This document shows positions 19,601 through 31,226 of a stretch of DNA of 64,000 bases, one piece after another (position 1 is the first letter of the stretch; each line of letters starts with the position of its first letter). The translations under genes and the position numbers were made by a program. The notes under the pieces were generated by a model. The model saw only the letters and a program-made list of their open reading frames with translations, had not been told where the DNA came from and did not search any database. The DNA comes from Rhodothermales bacterium (lineage in GTDB: Bacteria > Bacteroidota > Rhodothermia > Rhodothermales > DATKEJ01), in assembly GCA_965222505.1 (NCBI GenBank), contig OZ244956.1:3412674-3476673 (forward strand), in the 5' to 3' direction.

Positions 19601-19761
19601 GTCCTAAACCGACGCTCCAGGATCACGTCCCCCAGGCCACCACGCTCGGCCTTGAGCGCGTCCCCGTGGCAGTAGGTGTAGCCCAGGCCCGAGAGCGCGG
19701 CCGTGCCGGTCAGGTATTCAATGGCCGCCTCTTCTACGACGGCTTCGTTAAACTTGCTCAT
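16639..19761 (-). CDS. hsdR: Type I restriction enzyme R subunit (HsdR)
   Basis: WHTQGSGKSVSMVFFA (motif I), VVVIVDEAHRSQY (DEAH box), QAIARVNR. About 1040 aa. ATG at 19761 (MSKFNEAVVEEAAIEYL). Confidence 0.93.
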   Translation of the reverse strand: MSKFNEAVVEEAAIEYLTGTAALSGLGYTYCHGDALKAERGGLGDVILERRFRTALGRINPGLSAAALDAAARAVLHLNSPSLEENNVVFHRMLTRGIEVEWRDAKGRNRGDLAWLIDFERPDNNDWLVVNQLTIVGFQTHRNARRPDLIVYLNGLPVAVFELKNPTDPQATLDGAWNQLQTYKRQIPQLFYTNGVLVISDGTEAQMGSLTAPLERFGPWRTVDGTTPVPEHAPPLRTLLEGLFDRGRFLDYLRYFGFWVQDADTGRFIKKVAGYHQYYAVNKSVEATVAATKQGGDGRAGVVWHTQGSGKSVSMVFFAGKLIQHPALANPTLVILTDRNDLDGQLFGQFTTARDHLPQPTQAESRDHLRDLLQVASGGIVFTTIQKFGTRKGERMPTLTERRNVVVIVDEAHRSQYEFIDGFARNLRDALPKATYIGFTGTPIEFEDRSTPEVFGDYIDTYTISESIEDGATVPIYYESRLAAVDLPEARLPVLDEAFEEVTEDEEAAEVVKLQSSWKRIEAIVGLKKRLKLVAQDLLDHYDRRTEILEGKAMIVCMSRRICVDLYRELIRRRPEWHADQDEAGQIKIVMTGSASDPPDFIPHVRNKPRRKLIEKRFKEPIEEAEADGRDPLRMVIVRDMWLTGFDVPSAHTLYLDKPMKGHSLMQAIARVNRIYKDKPGGLVVDYLGVAQHLREAVEVYGGKRERAALPTEEALAVLRTELGIVRDLFFGFDYSRYFTGGNADRLEVLQAAMDHVLGLDPVGDTPGEQRFKEAMTRLNKAAALAVHLEGARSYLDEIGFFQQIQKSLRKPSPGSKRTNQEALGLAIKQLVSGAVITDGVIDVFATAGIDKPDLSILSDAFLQTVRTHPHKNLQVELLRRLLEDEIQTQRRRNVVQAARFSDMLQETIRKYQNRTLEAAEIIATLIEMAQEMQAAKGRGQQLGLTDDELAFYDALVAQEGVQEVMNDDVLGAIAADLVKTVRNSVSIDWSEKEAVRAKMRARVKRLLRRHGYPPDQQEEAVQKVIQQAETLGWSWEERL

Positions 19762-19792
19762 GGCACTTCCGGGTTCGCATGGGCAATGGGCC

Positions 19793-20101
19793 TTAACCGA
19801 TCTCACCGGGCAACGCACCAAATTGACGCGATGCGTGGAAGACCGTCAGCACCTCGATCCTGCCTTCCTCGGGTAAGTAGATGTAAATGATCCGGTAGTT
19901 GCGGTGAATAATCTCCCGCATGTTTTTCTCGCCGATTTCTGGAACTGCACGGCCCGATGCAGGAAATGTTTTCAGACGCTCCGTGACATGCATAAGTTTG
20001 CGAACCAGCACTTCAGCATAACCCGGAGCGTTTTGCGCATGGTAGGCACCGATGGCTTCGAGATCTGCATAGGCACGTGGGGTCCAAACTAGGGTTGCCA
20101 T
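19793..20101 (-). CDS. RelE/ParE family type II toxin
   Basis: 102 aa. WTPRAYADLEAIGAYHAQNAP...FPASGRAVPEIGEKNMREIIHRNYRIIYIY...IEVLTVFHASRQF is a ParE-like pattern. It overlaps the upstream small ORF by 13 nt. Confidence 0.8.
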   Translation of the reverse strand: MATLVWTPRAYADLEAIGAYHAQNAPGYAEVLVRKLMHVTERLKTFPASGRAVPEIGEKNMREIIHRNYRIIYIYLPEEGRIEVLTVFHASRQFGALPGEIG

Positions 20102-20292
20102 GATGTGATCTGTGCTTCGATCCGACGTTTGACCTCCTCGTGAGAAATGGTTTCTCCGCGCTGGGCTTGTGCCAGTCCTTGCTCGATCTTACTGAGGAGG
20201 AGCAGCCGCTCAATGGCATCTTCAATCGTGGCGTCCTCCGGTAAGCCAGCGACGGCCTCGACGATGTGGCCTTTGGAGATGGTAGCAGGCAT
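20089..20292 (-). CDS. Putative antitoxin partner of the ParE/RelE toxin
   Basis: 67 aa from ATG 20292 (MPATISKGHIVEAVAGLPEDATIEDAIERLLLLSKIEQGLAQAQRGETISHEEVKRRI). Classic overlap with the toxin start. Confidence 0.6.
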   Translation of the reverse strand: MPATISKGHIVEAVAGLPEDATIEDAIERLLLLSKIEQGLAQAQRGETISHEEVKRRIEAQITSWQP

Positions 20293-20491
20293 AATCAGGT
20301 CGATGTTTTGGTGCGGTAAATCTGTTACGTTGGAGAGATACGCACGGAAGTTGGAACGGTTCGATCCGCCAAAACAGGTTGCGACGGACATTGCGCACGT
20401 AGCAAAGCAGGCTCCTGGGGTTGGGCACGGTTCTCCGTTGGGATATGCCCAGGGGGATGACTACACTTCGCTCGTGATGACACCCCGGCAA

Positions 20492-21746
20492 TCACAGTAG
20501 CCCCTCAATCTCATCGACCGCCGCCGGCACCCGAACCTCGCCGGAGATCAACTTCGGCAATAATGTGTCGCGCAGTTCAGCAAGGGTGCGGGATTGTTTT
20601 CTATTGGCGGAAATACGCAGAATTAGCGGTTCGACAATTTGATGAAAATCATTCATCTTCTCTCTCGGGGGTAGAACTACTGGAACTTGGTGAATGATTT
20701 CGTGGGCAACAGCAGGATAAGCACTTCCATGTGCGGTTGCAGCCAAATATTCTACCACTCTTTGTTGGGTGATCCACAAATAGTTGAAATATCGTGCAGA
20801 TTCAAATTTTGGCCGTAGGACCGTGAACCCTGTACTTCCCGTTAGATTTGATTCAGGATCCTGGATCAATGCGTAAGAACCATTTGCTGGACGTACACGT
20901 CCGAAGATTGTATCACCATCTTGAAGGATTCGCCTCGCCCGACTTGGAGCGTCTTCATATCTCATTTTCTCAGGTTTCTGATACTCGCCCCAAGAGGTAT
21001 CAGTCAGTGTCAGGTAATGGATTGTCTCGGGTGATGTTTTCTTGGTCCACTTGGTGGGATTCAGATTAGCCAGGTCAGACATTTTACCAACCGTCCACCC
21101 CACCGGCACCCGGCCCAGATCGGTGCCGCTGTCTTCAAAGTCGGTGTGGCCGTCGAAGTCTACGAACCAGCTTTTGAAGAGCGCCTGGGCGATGGCCTCC
21201 AATGTGCGGTTCATTTGCCGGTTGAGCTCAATCTTGTCGTCCAACGCGCCGAGGACGCCGGCAATCCGCCGTTGTTCTTCAAGGGGGGGGATAGGGATCT
21301 CGATTCTAGAAAATGTACTCTTGTTTAATATTGGTTGTGCCGACCCTCCGGCTATGCCTTGAAGAAAGTCTTGCTGGTTTGAAAGAACGTAATACACATA
21401 TTCAACATCATAAATTTCATTGACGACTATAGTGTTGATTTGCTGGTTAGTTACGGCAAGTTTGCGAATGAAGGACGTTTTTCCAAGCCTTGATCCAATA
21501 CAAGAGACCGCAACAGATTCAGCCGGTACCAATACATTGCTTAAAATCTCTGCTCCCTTTGATGATAAACCCCTTTCTGTCACTAGAACATCTCTATGGT
21601 CATCCATGTCGCGTGGTGTCACGAAAAGTACATCTTCTCCATAGCAGTCTGTTTGATCCTTAGAAGGTGTTCTCCCTGTCACGATCGTACCTATTGAGTC
21701 TAGTCTATTCCAAGACCAGTAGGTAGGCATCTCCGTATCAATGGTC

Positions 21747-21757
<11 letters not shown>
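20492..21757 (-). CDS. hsdS: Type I R-M specificity subunit (HsdS), two target-recognition domains
   Basis: Conserved spacer helices ([45 protein letters not shown]; ...[20 protein letters not shown]). It is AT-richer than its flanks. ATG 21757 (or TTG 21763) overlaps the hsdM stop. Confidence 0.9.
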
Positions 21758-23354
<1,597 letters not shown>

Positions 23355-23636
23355 GGGGTATGACGCTGTAGGGTGGACGTGCCGAAAGATAGAAGGGGTG
23401 AGGAGTCCAACGGCATACCAACCCTGCTTGGCTACGGCAGGAAGCCACACTTCATCCGGCGTGTTTTGCTCGAAATGATCATCATGGCGTTCTACCTGGA
23501 TGCCGGCTTCACGAAGAATCTTTGCGAATGCGGAAATGAAATCCGCGATGATCCCGCCCATATTCCGGTCAATGAAGAATACCGGGGGGCCTGATGTAGC
23601 ATCAGGCTCAGCAGACGCCTTCGTAGATGATGGCAT
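23355..23636 (-). pseudogene. N-terminal remnant of a PIN-like/DUF5615-type toxin gene, in frame with hsdM
   Basis: [49 protein letters not shown] resembles the first ~65 aa of toxins that pair with DUF433. The expected C-terminal half is missing and the frame runs straight into hsdM. Confidence 0.4.
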
Positions 23637-23787
23637 GGTGTACCTGCTCAGGTATTAAGCTGTAGTCCTTTGCCAATTCGGCAATCGTTTCGCCGGCGTT
23701 GAACCTGCGGGCGATGGCGCTGGTGAGTACGCCCCCAACATTTGGATAGCCAAAGCTGTAGCGCGGATCAATGACGATAGACCTCAC
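23608..23787 (-). CDS. DUF433 domain protein (antitoxin-like), short, GTG start 3 nt from the tRNA 3' end
   Basis: [53 protein letters not shown] fits the DUF433 pattern. The longer track ORF reads through the tRNA gene. GTG at 23787. Confidence 0.55.
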   Translation of the reverse strand: MRSIVIDPRYSFGYPNVGGVLTSAIARRFNAGETIAELAKDYSLIPEQVHHAIIYEGVC

Positions 23788-23789
23788 CG

Positions 23790-23862
23790 TGGAGCTAAGC
23801 GGAGTCGAACCGCTGACCTCTGCAGTGCGATTGCAGCGCTCTACCAACTGAGCTATAGCCCC
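23790..23862 (-). tRNA. tRNA-Ala (anticodon CGC)
   Basis: Minus-strand sequence GGGGCTATAGCTCAGTTGGTAGAGCGCTGCAATCGCACTGCAGAGGTCAGCGGTTCGACTCCGCTTAGCTCCA. It folds as a cloverleaf with a G3:U70 pair, anticodon loop AT-CGC-AC and T-loop GGTTCGACTCC. CCA is not encoded. Confidence 0.9.
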
Positions 23863-23896
23863 GATTGTGTGCGAAGCCCCGAACGGCCTGCCTAAA

Positions 23897-23922
23897 GCGT
23901 GTTGCGTAATGCGTAAGGGAAA
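23897..23922 (+). repeat. GCGTGTT|GCGTAAT|GCGTAAG heptamer array ~35-60 nt upstream of the tRNA-Ala 5' end
   Basis: Read directly. It shares the 16-mer TAATGCGTAAGGGAAA (23907-23922) with 31154-31169. Confidence 0.8.
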
Positions 23923-24193
23923 TTGTCCGCATATGGACGGGCACCCTTTACTTCGGTTTACTAGCGTGAGTCGCCTTTGGCTCGTTTGTCGCTACGATTG
24001 TTTCGCAATACGTTCCCGGCACAACATCTGGATAGCGCACAACGTGTCCCAAATATACGGCGGTGGCCCCCTCGGGTTCAACGCCCTGCCGACCTGTACT
24101 CAAATTTCAAGGGGACACGGGAGCAAAAGGGGGGGCGGTTTTGTATTTTGGTCAGGACAGAAATACATACTGAAATGACCACGCAGACGTGAT

Positions 24194-24347
24194 ACGTGTT
24201 GCGTGCTGCGTGATCTCGGGCTCCAGGATAATGCCTGTTCCTTCGTGGTTCGGCAAATTACATGCACGTGCCGCGTAAACGCGACGTCGGGGCGTGGGCA
24301 CATACACCATTCGCCGAAGATCACGCAATACGCAATACGCAATACGC
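24194..24347 (+). repeat. Long-loop inverted repeat in the acnA leader; right arm is (ACGCAAT)x3
   Basis: GCGTGATC (24208-24215) is complementary to GATCACGC (24319-24326). The arms extend imperfectly (G:U-compatible) to 24194 and 24347. Three perfect ACGCAAT units at 24323-24343. ATG at 24365. Confidence 0.8.
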
Positions 24348-24364
24348 TCTCTGACCTTTTGCCC

Positions 24365-27100
<2,736 letters not shown>

Positions 27101-27107
27101 CTCCGGT

Positions 27108-27130
27108 GGGGCGATCCTCGTGATCGCCCC
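27108..27130 (+). terminator. GC-rich hairpin just after the acnA stop (possible terminator, no U-tract)
   Basis: GGGGCGATC-ctcgt-GATCGCCCC is a perfect 9-bp stem starting 8 nt after the stop codon. Confidence 0.45.
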
Positions 27131-27145
27131 ACAACATTGAGTTGA

Positions 27146-27358
27146 TTACCGAAATGTGGGTCGATTTCTACGCGCGTCCCCTTCACACAGGGCCAGGAGT
27201 TTTACGTCGCCCTCAAACGTCTCGGCGTACCAACCGAAATGGTGGTCTACCCCCGTACGCCGCATGGACCGCGTGAACCGAAGTTGCTGATGGACGTATC
27301 GGAACGGATTCTAAAGTGGTTTGATCAGTATATGCCGGAAGCGGGGCCTGCACAATAG
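27146..27358 (+). pseudogene. C-terminal remnant (~70 codons) of an S9 prolyl-oligopeptidase-family serine peptidase
   Basis: The open frame after TGA 27143-27145 reads LPKCGSISTRVPFTQGQEFYVALKRLGVPTEMVVYPRTPHGPREPKLLMDVSERILKWFDQYM..*. This is the typical S9 C-terminus including the catalytic-His region. There is no in-frame start and the N-terminal ~600 aa are absent. Confidence 0.7.
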
Positions 27359-27401
27359 ATTGGTAATTTGCTCCGCACAGTCGGCTACGCCTCGTGTGAG
27401 C

Positions 27402-27454
27402 ATTGGTAATTGGTGATTTTTTGCACCCCAAATCACCAATCACCAACCACCAAT
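27402..27454 (+). repeat. CACCAAT-type heptamer hairpin ending 6 nt before ATG 27460
   Basis: ATTGGTGATTT (27409-27419) pairs perfectly with AAATCACCAAT (27430-27440). The flanking units ATTGGTA / CACCAAC extend the stem, followed by CACCAAT. Confidence 0.9.
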
Positions 27455-27459
27455 CAAAA

Positions 27460-28446
27460 ATGACCAATAGCGTTGCATTCATCACCGGCGGCACCGGCTT
27501 CATCGGAAGCCACCTCGCTGAGGCCCTGCTCTCCCAGGGTTACAGGGTGCGGTGTTTGGTACGGAACAACCTGAAGTGGCTCGATGGGTTGGATGTGGTC
27601 CCGGTGCAGGGGGATTTACAGGATCTAGCAGCATTGCGCGAGGGAAGTAAAGACGCGGATGTCATCTACCATGTAGCCGGAGTCACGCGGGCGAAAACGT
27701 GGGATACGTTTGAAGCGGGCAACATCAAGGCCACGTTGAACGTGCTGGAAGCCGCCGCCGAAACGGCCCCGAACGTGAGGCGCGTACTCATTACCAGTAG
27801 CCTGGCCGCTGTGGGGCCTTATTCCGGTGGAATGGCTACAGAGGAGACGCCGCTTAACCCCATTAGCCGATACGGGCGGAGCAAGGCAGAAATGGAGGAA
27901 GCCGTTGTGCCCTGGCACGACCGGCTCCCGATCACGGTGGTGCGCCCGCCCGCTGTATATGGCCCGCGCGAAGCCGATATTTACACCTTCTTTCGCACCG
28001 TCAGCCGGGGGGTTTGTCCGGTGGTGGGCGATGCCCAGACGCCGGACCTGAGTCTGGTGCATGTGCAGGATTTGGTGGACGGGATGATCCAGGCAGCCAA
28101 TGCCGAAACAAGCATCGGGCAGACGTATTTCATCGGGAGTGAACGGCCCTACAGTTGGGCGGAAATCAAGGCCGCTACCTGTGCCGCGTTAGGGCGGAAG
28201 GCGATGACGATTCCTGTGCCTCCGGCATTGCTGGGTGTCGTGGGGGCCGTGGCTGAATTTGGTGGGCGCTTGATGGATCAGTATCCGCCGCTAACCCGAG
28301 AGAAGGCGCGGGAAATTCGCTACACCTGCAAGATGTGCAGCAGCGAGAAGGCCCAGTCTGAAGTAGGCTATACGCCCCGCATAGGACTCGAAGACGGCAT
28401 TCGGGAAACCATTGCCTGGTATCGCACCCACGGCTGGCTAAAATAA
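27460..28446 (+). CDS. NAD-dependent epimerase/dehydratase (extended SDR) family protein
   Basis: MTNSVAFITGGTGFIGSHLAEALL (GxxGxxG), YGRSKAEME (YxxxK). ATG 27460. Confidence 0.85.
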   Translation: MTNSVAFITGGTGFIGSHLAEALLSQGYRVRCLVRNNLKWLDGLDVVPVQGDLQDLAALREGSKDADVIYHVAGVTRAKTWDTFEAGNIKATLNVLEAAAETAPNVRRVLITSSLAAVGPYSGGMATEETPLNPISRYGRSKAEMEEAVVPWHDRLPITVVRPPAVYGPREADIYTFFRTVSRGVCPVVGDAQTPDLSLVHVQDLVDGMIQAANAETSIGQTYFIGSERPYSWAEIKAATCAALGRKAMTIPVPPALLGVVGAVAEFGGRLMDQYPPLTREKAREIRYTCKMCSSEKAQSEVGYTPRIGLEDGIRETIAWYRTHGWLK

Positions 28447-28455
28447 CGAGGCCAT

Positions 28456-28977
28456 ATGGTGACCATCGAACCCATCGCATTGCATCACGCCCCAGAATTG
28501 CAACCGCTGGCCTCACACCCCGAGGTGACAGCCACCACGCTGCTGCCCGAACCATACCCCCCCAATGGGGCCGAGGAATGGGTCCGGCACATCCTCTGTC
28601 AGGCGCATCCCCCGGCCGCACGCCCCTTCCTGATTCGTGCCGACGGCACAGCCGTGGGCGGATGCGGGTTCAAAGACGTAAGCAAAACCGCGGGTGAGGC
28701 CGAGTACGGCTACTGGATCGGGCGTCCGTATTGGGGCCGGGGATATGCCACCGCCGCTGGTCGGTTGGCGCTCGCCATTGCCTTTGAACAATGGAACTTA
28801 CAGTATGTATTTGCCCAACCCCTGTCATGGAACAAGGCCTCATGCCGGGTGCTGGATAAGCTCGGGTTCGAACGGACGGGCCTGCGTCCCAATCCGTTTC
28901 CGAAGTGGAAACCCACCGATCAGGTCGCCTACTATGAGATAAGCCGGGAACGGTGGCTGCTTCTGCGGGAAGGATAA
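28456..28977 (+). CDS. GNAT family N-acetyltransferase (RimJ/RimL-like)
   Basis: YWIGRPYWGRGYATAAGRLALAIAFEQWNLQYVFAQPLSWNKASCRVLDKLGFERTG. Confidence 0.8.
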   Translation: MVTIEPIALHHAPELQPLASHPEVTATTLLPEPYPPNGAEEWVRHILCQAHPPAARPFLIRADGTAVGGCGFKDVSKTAGEAEYGYWIGRPYWGRGYATAAGRLALAIAFEQWNLQYVFAQPLSWNKASCRVLDKLGFERTGLRPNPFPKWKPTDQVAYYEISRERWLLLREG

Positions 28978-29128
28978 ATGCACGGGCAAGTGTGCTCGAA
29001 ATGGGGTGGCCACGTCGCCGTAACCGGCTCCGTGCCATGATACTGAGGAGGTGGTGCAACCATGCCTTCATGTCACGGCGAGGGCCGTGGCCGTCCCATT
29101 TCGTACGAGAATGCCAGGGAAGGATTGA

Positions 29129-31102
29129 TCACTCCCCATACGTCAGGCCGTGGCCGAAGGGGAAGACCGGGTTTTCCGAATCATAGGGCAGGTCTTCTTT
29201 CTGGTTTTCGACCGCATCCATCGAAGACGGCAACTCCACGGGGAGCTTGCCCTGCGGCGCATACTTGCCGAAGACCAGATCAAGGATCACGGCATCCTGT
29301 GCCCCAAAGTTCGCGAGCATTCCGACACTTGCCTGCGCGATTTTCGGGACGACGGCCGGCCGATCCAAATAGATGTCCACAATGGTGGGTATTGTGTTGA
29401 TAATGTTCAGGATGCGGGTGCGTTCTGGCTCCTTGAAATCCAGATCGCCCTGGTGAAAGAACCCCTCGAAAAAGCCGTCGCGGGGCTGGTATGGCGTACT
29501 GAGCCGAAGGATCGCTACGTCGGCATCGGCTACGCTGTCCACGACGGTCCCGTACCGGCCCGCTACTTCTGGATCTATGTTTTCGATGTAGAGGCGGGGT
29601 TTCCCTTGGAGGGGCAACATGGGGCCGGTGGCCGTGGTGTCATTTTTCAGCAGGACTACGGATTTACGCTGTGCCTCAAGCCCCGCATCCATAAAATCCG
29701 CCCGGCCGACGATCTCGTGTACGCGGCCTGCATCCACATAGGGGTTGTCGAACAGGCCCAGCGTGAACTTGTCGCGCAGGAGGCGACGCACTGATTGGTC
29801 AATACGGGCTTCGCTTATCTGTCTGCTTTGGACCAACTCGACCACAAGTCTCGGCAAGGCTTCGCCCCCGAACTGGTCGATGCCGGCATCCAGGGCCTTT
29901 TTGACGCGTTCCAGTGGGGTTGCATTTTCCATTCCCCAACCGGTTGCGCCGATGAGCGTGAAGCCCAGAAAACCTTTGTCGGTCAGGAGGCTCCAGTCGG
30001 TACAAATCACGCCATCGAAGCCGTACCGTTCGCGCAGCATCCCCGTAATAATTTCCTGGTTGAAGGCAAACCCGACTTCTTCACTGGTTTGCCCTACCGG
30101 GATGCTGTAGTAAGGCATGATCTGGGCCGTGTGGGCCGGGAAAGCACCTTTTTCAAACGGGATCAGGTGATAGTCGAAGTTGTTGCCGGGATACACCTGG
30201 TCTTTGCCGTGGGCAAAGTGTGCGTCTTCCCCGTCTTTCTGTGGTCCTCCACCTGAGAAGTGCTTCGTCATGGTCGCTACGCTCTGCGGGCCCAGCGTAT
30301 CGCCCTGGAAGCCTTTGATGTAAGCGTACGTCATCCGCGCCGAGAGGTCGGCATCTTCCCCGAAGGTGCCATTTACCCGTGCCCAGCGGGGTTCGGTGGC
30401 GAGGTCCGCCATGGGGTGCAGGGCCAGCCGGAAGCCCATCGCCAGATATTCTTGCCGGGCGATGTCTCCGAACCGGGCCACCAGGGCGGAGTCGCCGGTG
30501 GCAGCCAACCCCAGGTGTTCCGGCCATTTGGAGAAGGCTCCGGAGATCATGGCCGCCGCCGGGTTGTTGGTGAAGGCGTGCCGGGGATCGGAGGCTATGG
30601 TGATGGGGATACCGAGCCGTGTGCCCTCGGCCAGTTTTTGCATGGTGTTGTGCCATTTGACGTGGGCCTCCGGGGTGGACATGAACGTCACGTTGAAATG
30701 CGTCATGTGCCGGTTGACCACCATCTCAGAGTTCGTTGGACTAAAAAACGAGAAGGGGTTGAACGTTGTTGGTCGTTCCACCAGATCCCCTTCTTCGCTG
30801 GTAGCAATCATCGTGATAAACATTTGTCCGGCCTTTTCTTCAAGCGTCATCTGCCCGAGTAAATTCTCAACCCGCGCCTCTGTGGGTACGCGATGGTCTT
30901 CATACGGATCAAGCTCACCGTTTTTGTTCAGATCGCGGAAGGATGCGCCATCGACCGTCAAGACCGGCGCTGCATCCATCACCTTCGCCAGGTTGCGGGA
31001 CGAGGTGATGCCGAAATAGGTATACCCCAGGATCAAGAGCAGCAGGACCAAGCCGACCAGTATGAGGAGCAGGTTGCGAAGGAATCGGAGGAAGCGTTTC
31101 AT
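29129..31102 (-). CDS. Glycoside hydrolase family 3 protein, N-terminal membrane anchor
   Basis: LTLEEKAGQMF, GIPITIASDPRHA, KHFSGGG, GFDGVICTDW (nucleophile Asp region). N-terminal TM LLLILVGLVLLLLILGY. Confidence 0.85.
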   Translation of the reverse strand: MKRFLRFLRNLLLILVGLVLLLLILGYTYFGITSSRNLAKVMDAAPVLTVDGASFRDLNKNGELDPYEDHRVPTEARVENLLGQMTLEEKAGQMFITMIATSEEGDLVERPTTFNPFSFFSPTNSEMVVNRHMTHFNVTFMSTPEAHVKWHNTMQKLAEGTRLGIPITIASDPRHAFTNNPAAAMISGAFSKWPEHLGLAATGDSALVARFGDIARQEYLAMGFRLALHPMADLATEPRWARVNGTFGEDADLSARMTYAYIKGFQGDTLGPQSVATMTKHFSGGGPQKDGEDAHFAHGKDQVYPGNNFDYHLIPFEKGAFPAHTAQIMPYYSIPVGQTSEEVGFAFNQEIITGMLRERYGFDGVICTDWSLLTDKGFLGFTLIGATGWGMENATPLERVKKALDAGIDQFGGEALPRLVVELVQSRQISEARIDQSVRRLLRDKFTLGLFDNPYVDAGRVHEIVGRADFMDAGLEAQRKSVVLLKNDTTATGPMLPLQGKPRLYIENIDPEVAGRYGTVVDSVADADVAILRLSTPYQPRDGFFEGFFHQGDLDFKEPERTRILNIINTIPTIVDIYLDRPAVVPKIAQASVGMLANFGAQDAVILDLVFGKYAPQGKLPVELPSSMDAVENQKEDLPYDSENPVFPFGHGLTYGE

Positions 31103-31147
31103 GTATGTTTATGTTGAGCCATGTCTATAATGGCATGCAGGGAAAGT

Positions 31148-31169
31148 ATTGCATAATGCGTAAGGGAAA
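31148..31169 (+). repeat. ATTGCAT|AATGCGT|AAGGGAAA element upstream (minus sense) of the GH3 gene
   Basis: It shares TAATGCGTAAGGGAAA with 23907-23922. A related TTATGCAATGCGTCACGC occurs at 31214-31231. Confidence 0.7.
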
Positions 31170-31226
31170 CCGTGAGGTTCACGACGTAAGTCGCTTCGGC
31201 ATGGACAATGTCCGTTATGCAATGCG

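Noticed and set aside
23355-23636. Treating the full 629-aa ORF (21747-23636) as a genuine N-terminally extended HsdM.
   Set aside because: The canonical HsdM N-terminal domain starts at Met95 (ATG 23354). The extra 94 aa resemble half of an unrelated PIN-like toxin and overlap the DUF433 ORF. It is reported as a remnant or possible fusion instead.
24040-24100. Possible second tRNA or ncRNA in the 500-bp tRNA-acnA spacer (CTCGGGTTCAACGCCCTGCC).
   Set aside because: The T-stem pairing fails (C:T mismatch) and no complementary acceptor 5' strand lies upstream. No other recognisable ncRNA signature was seen by eye.
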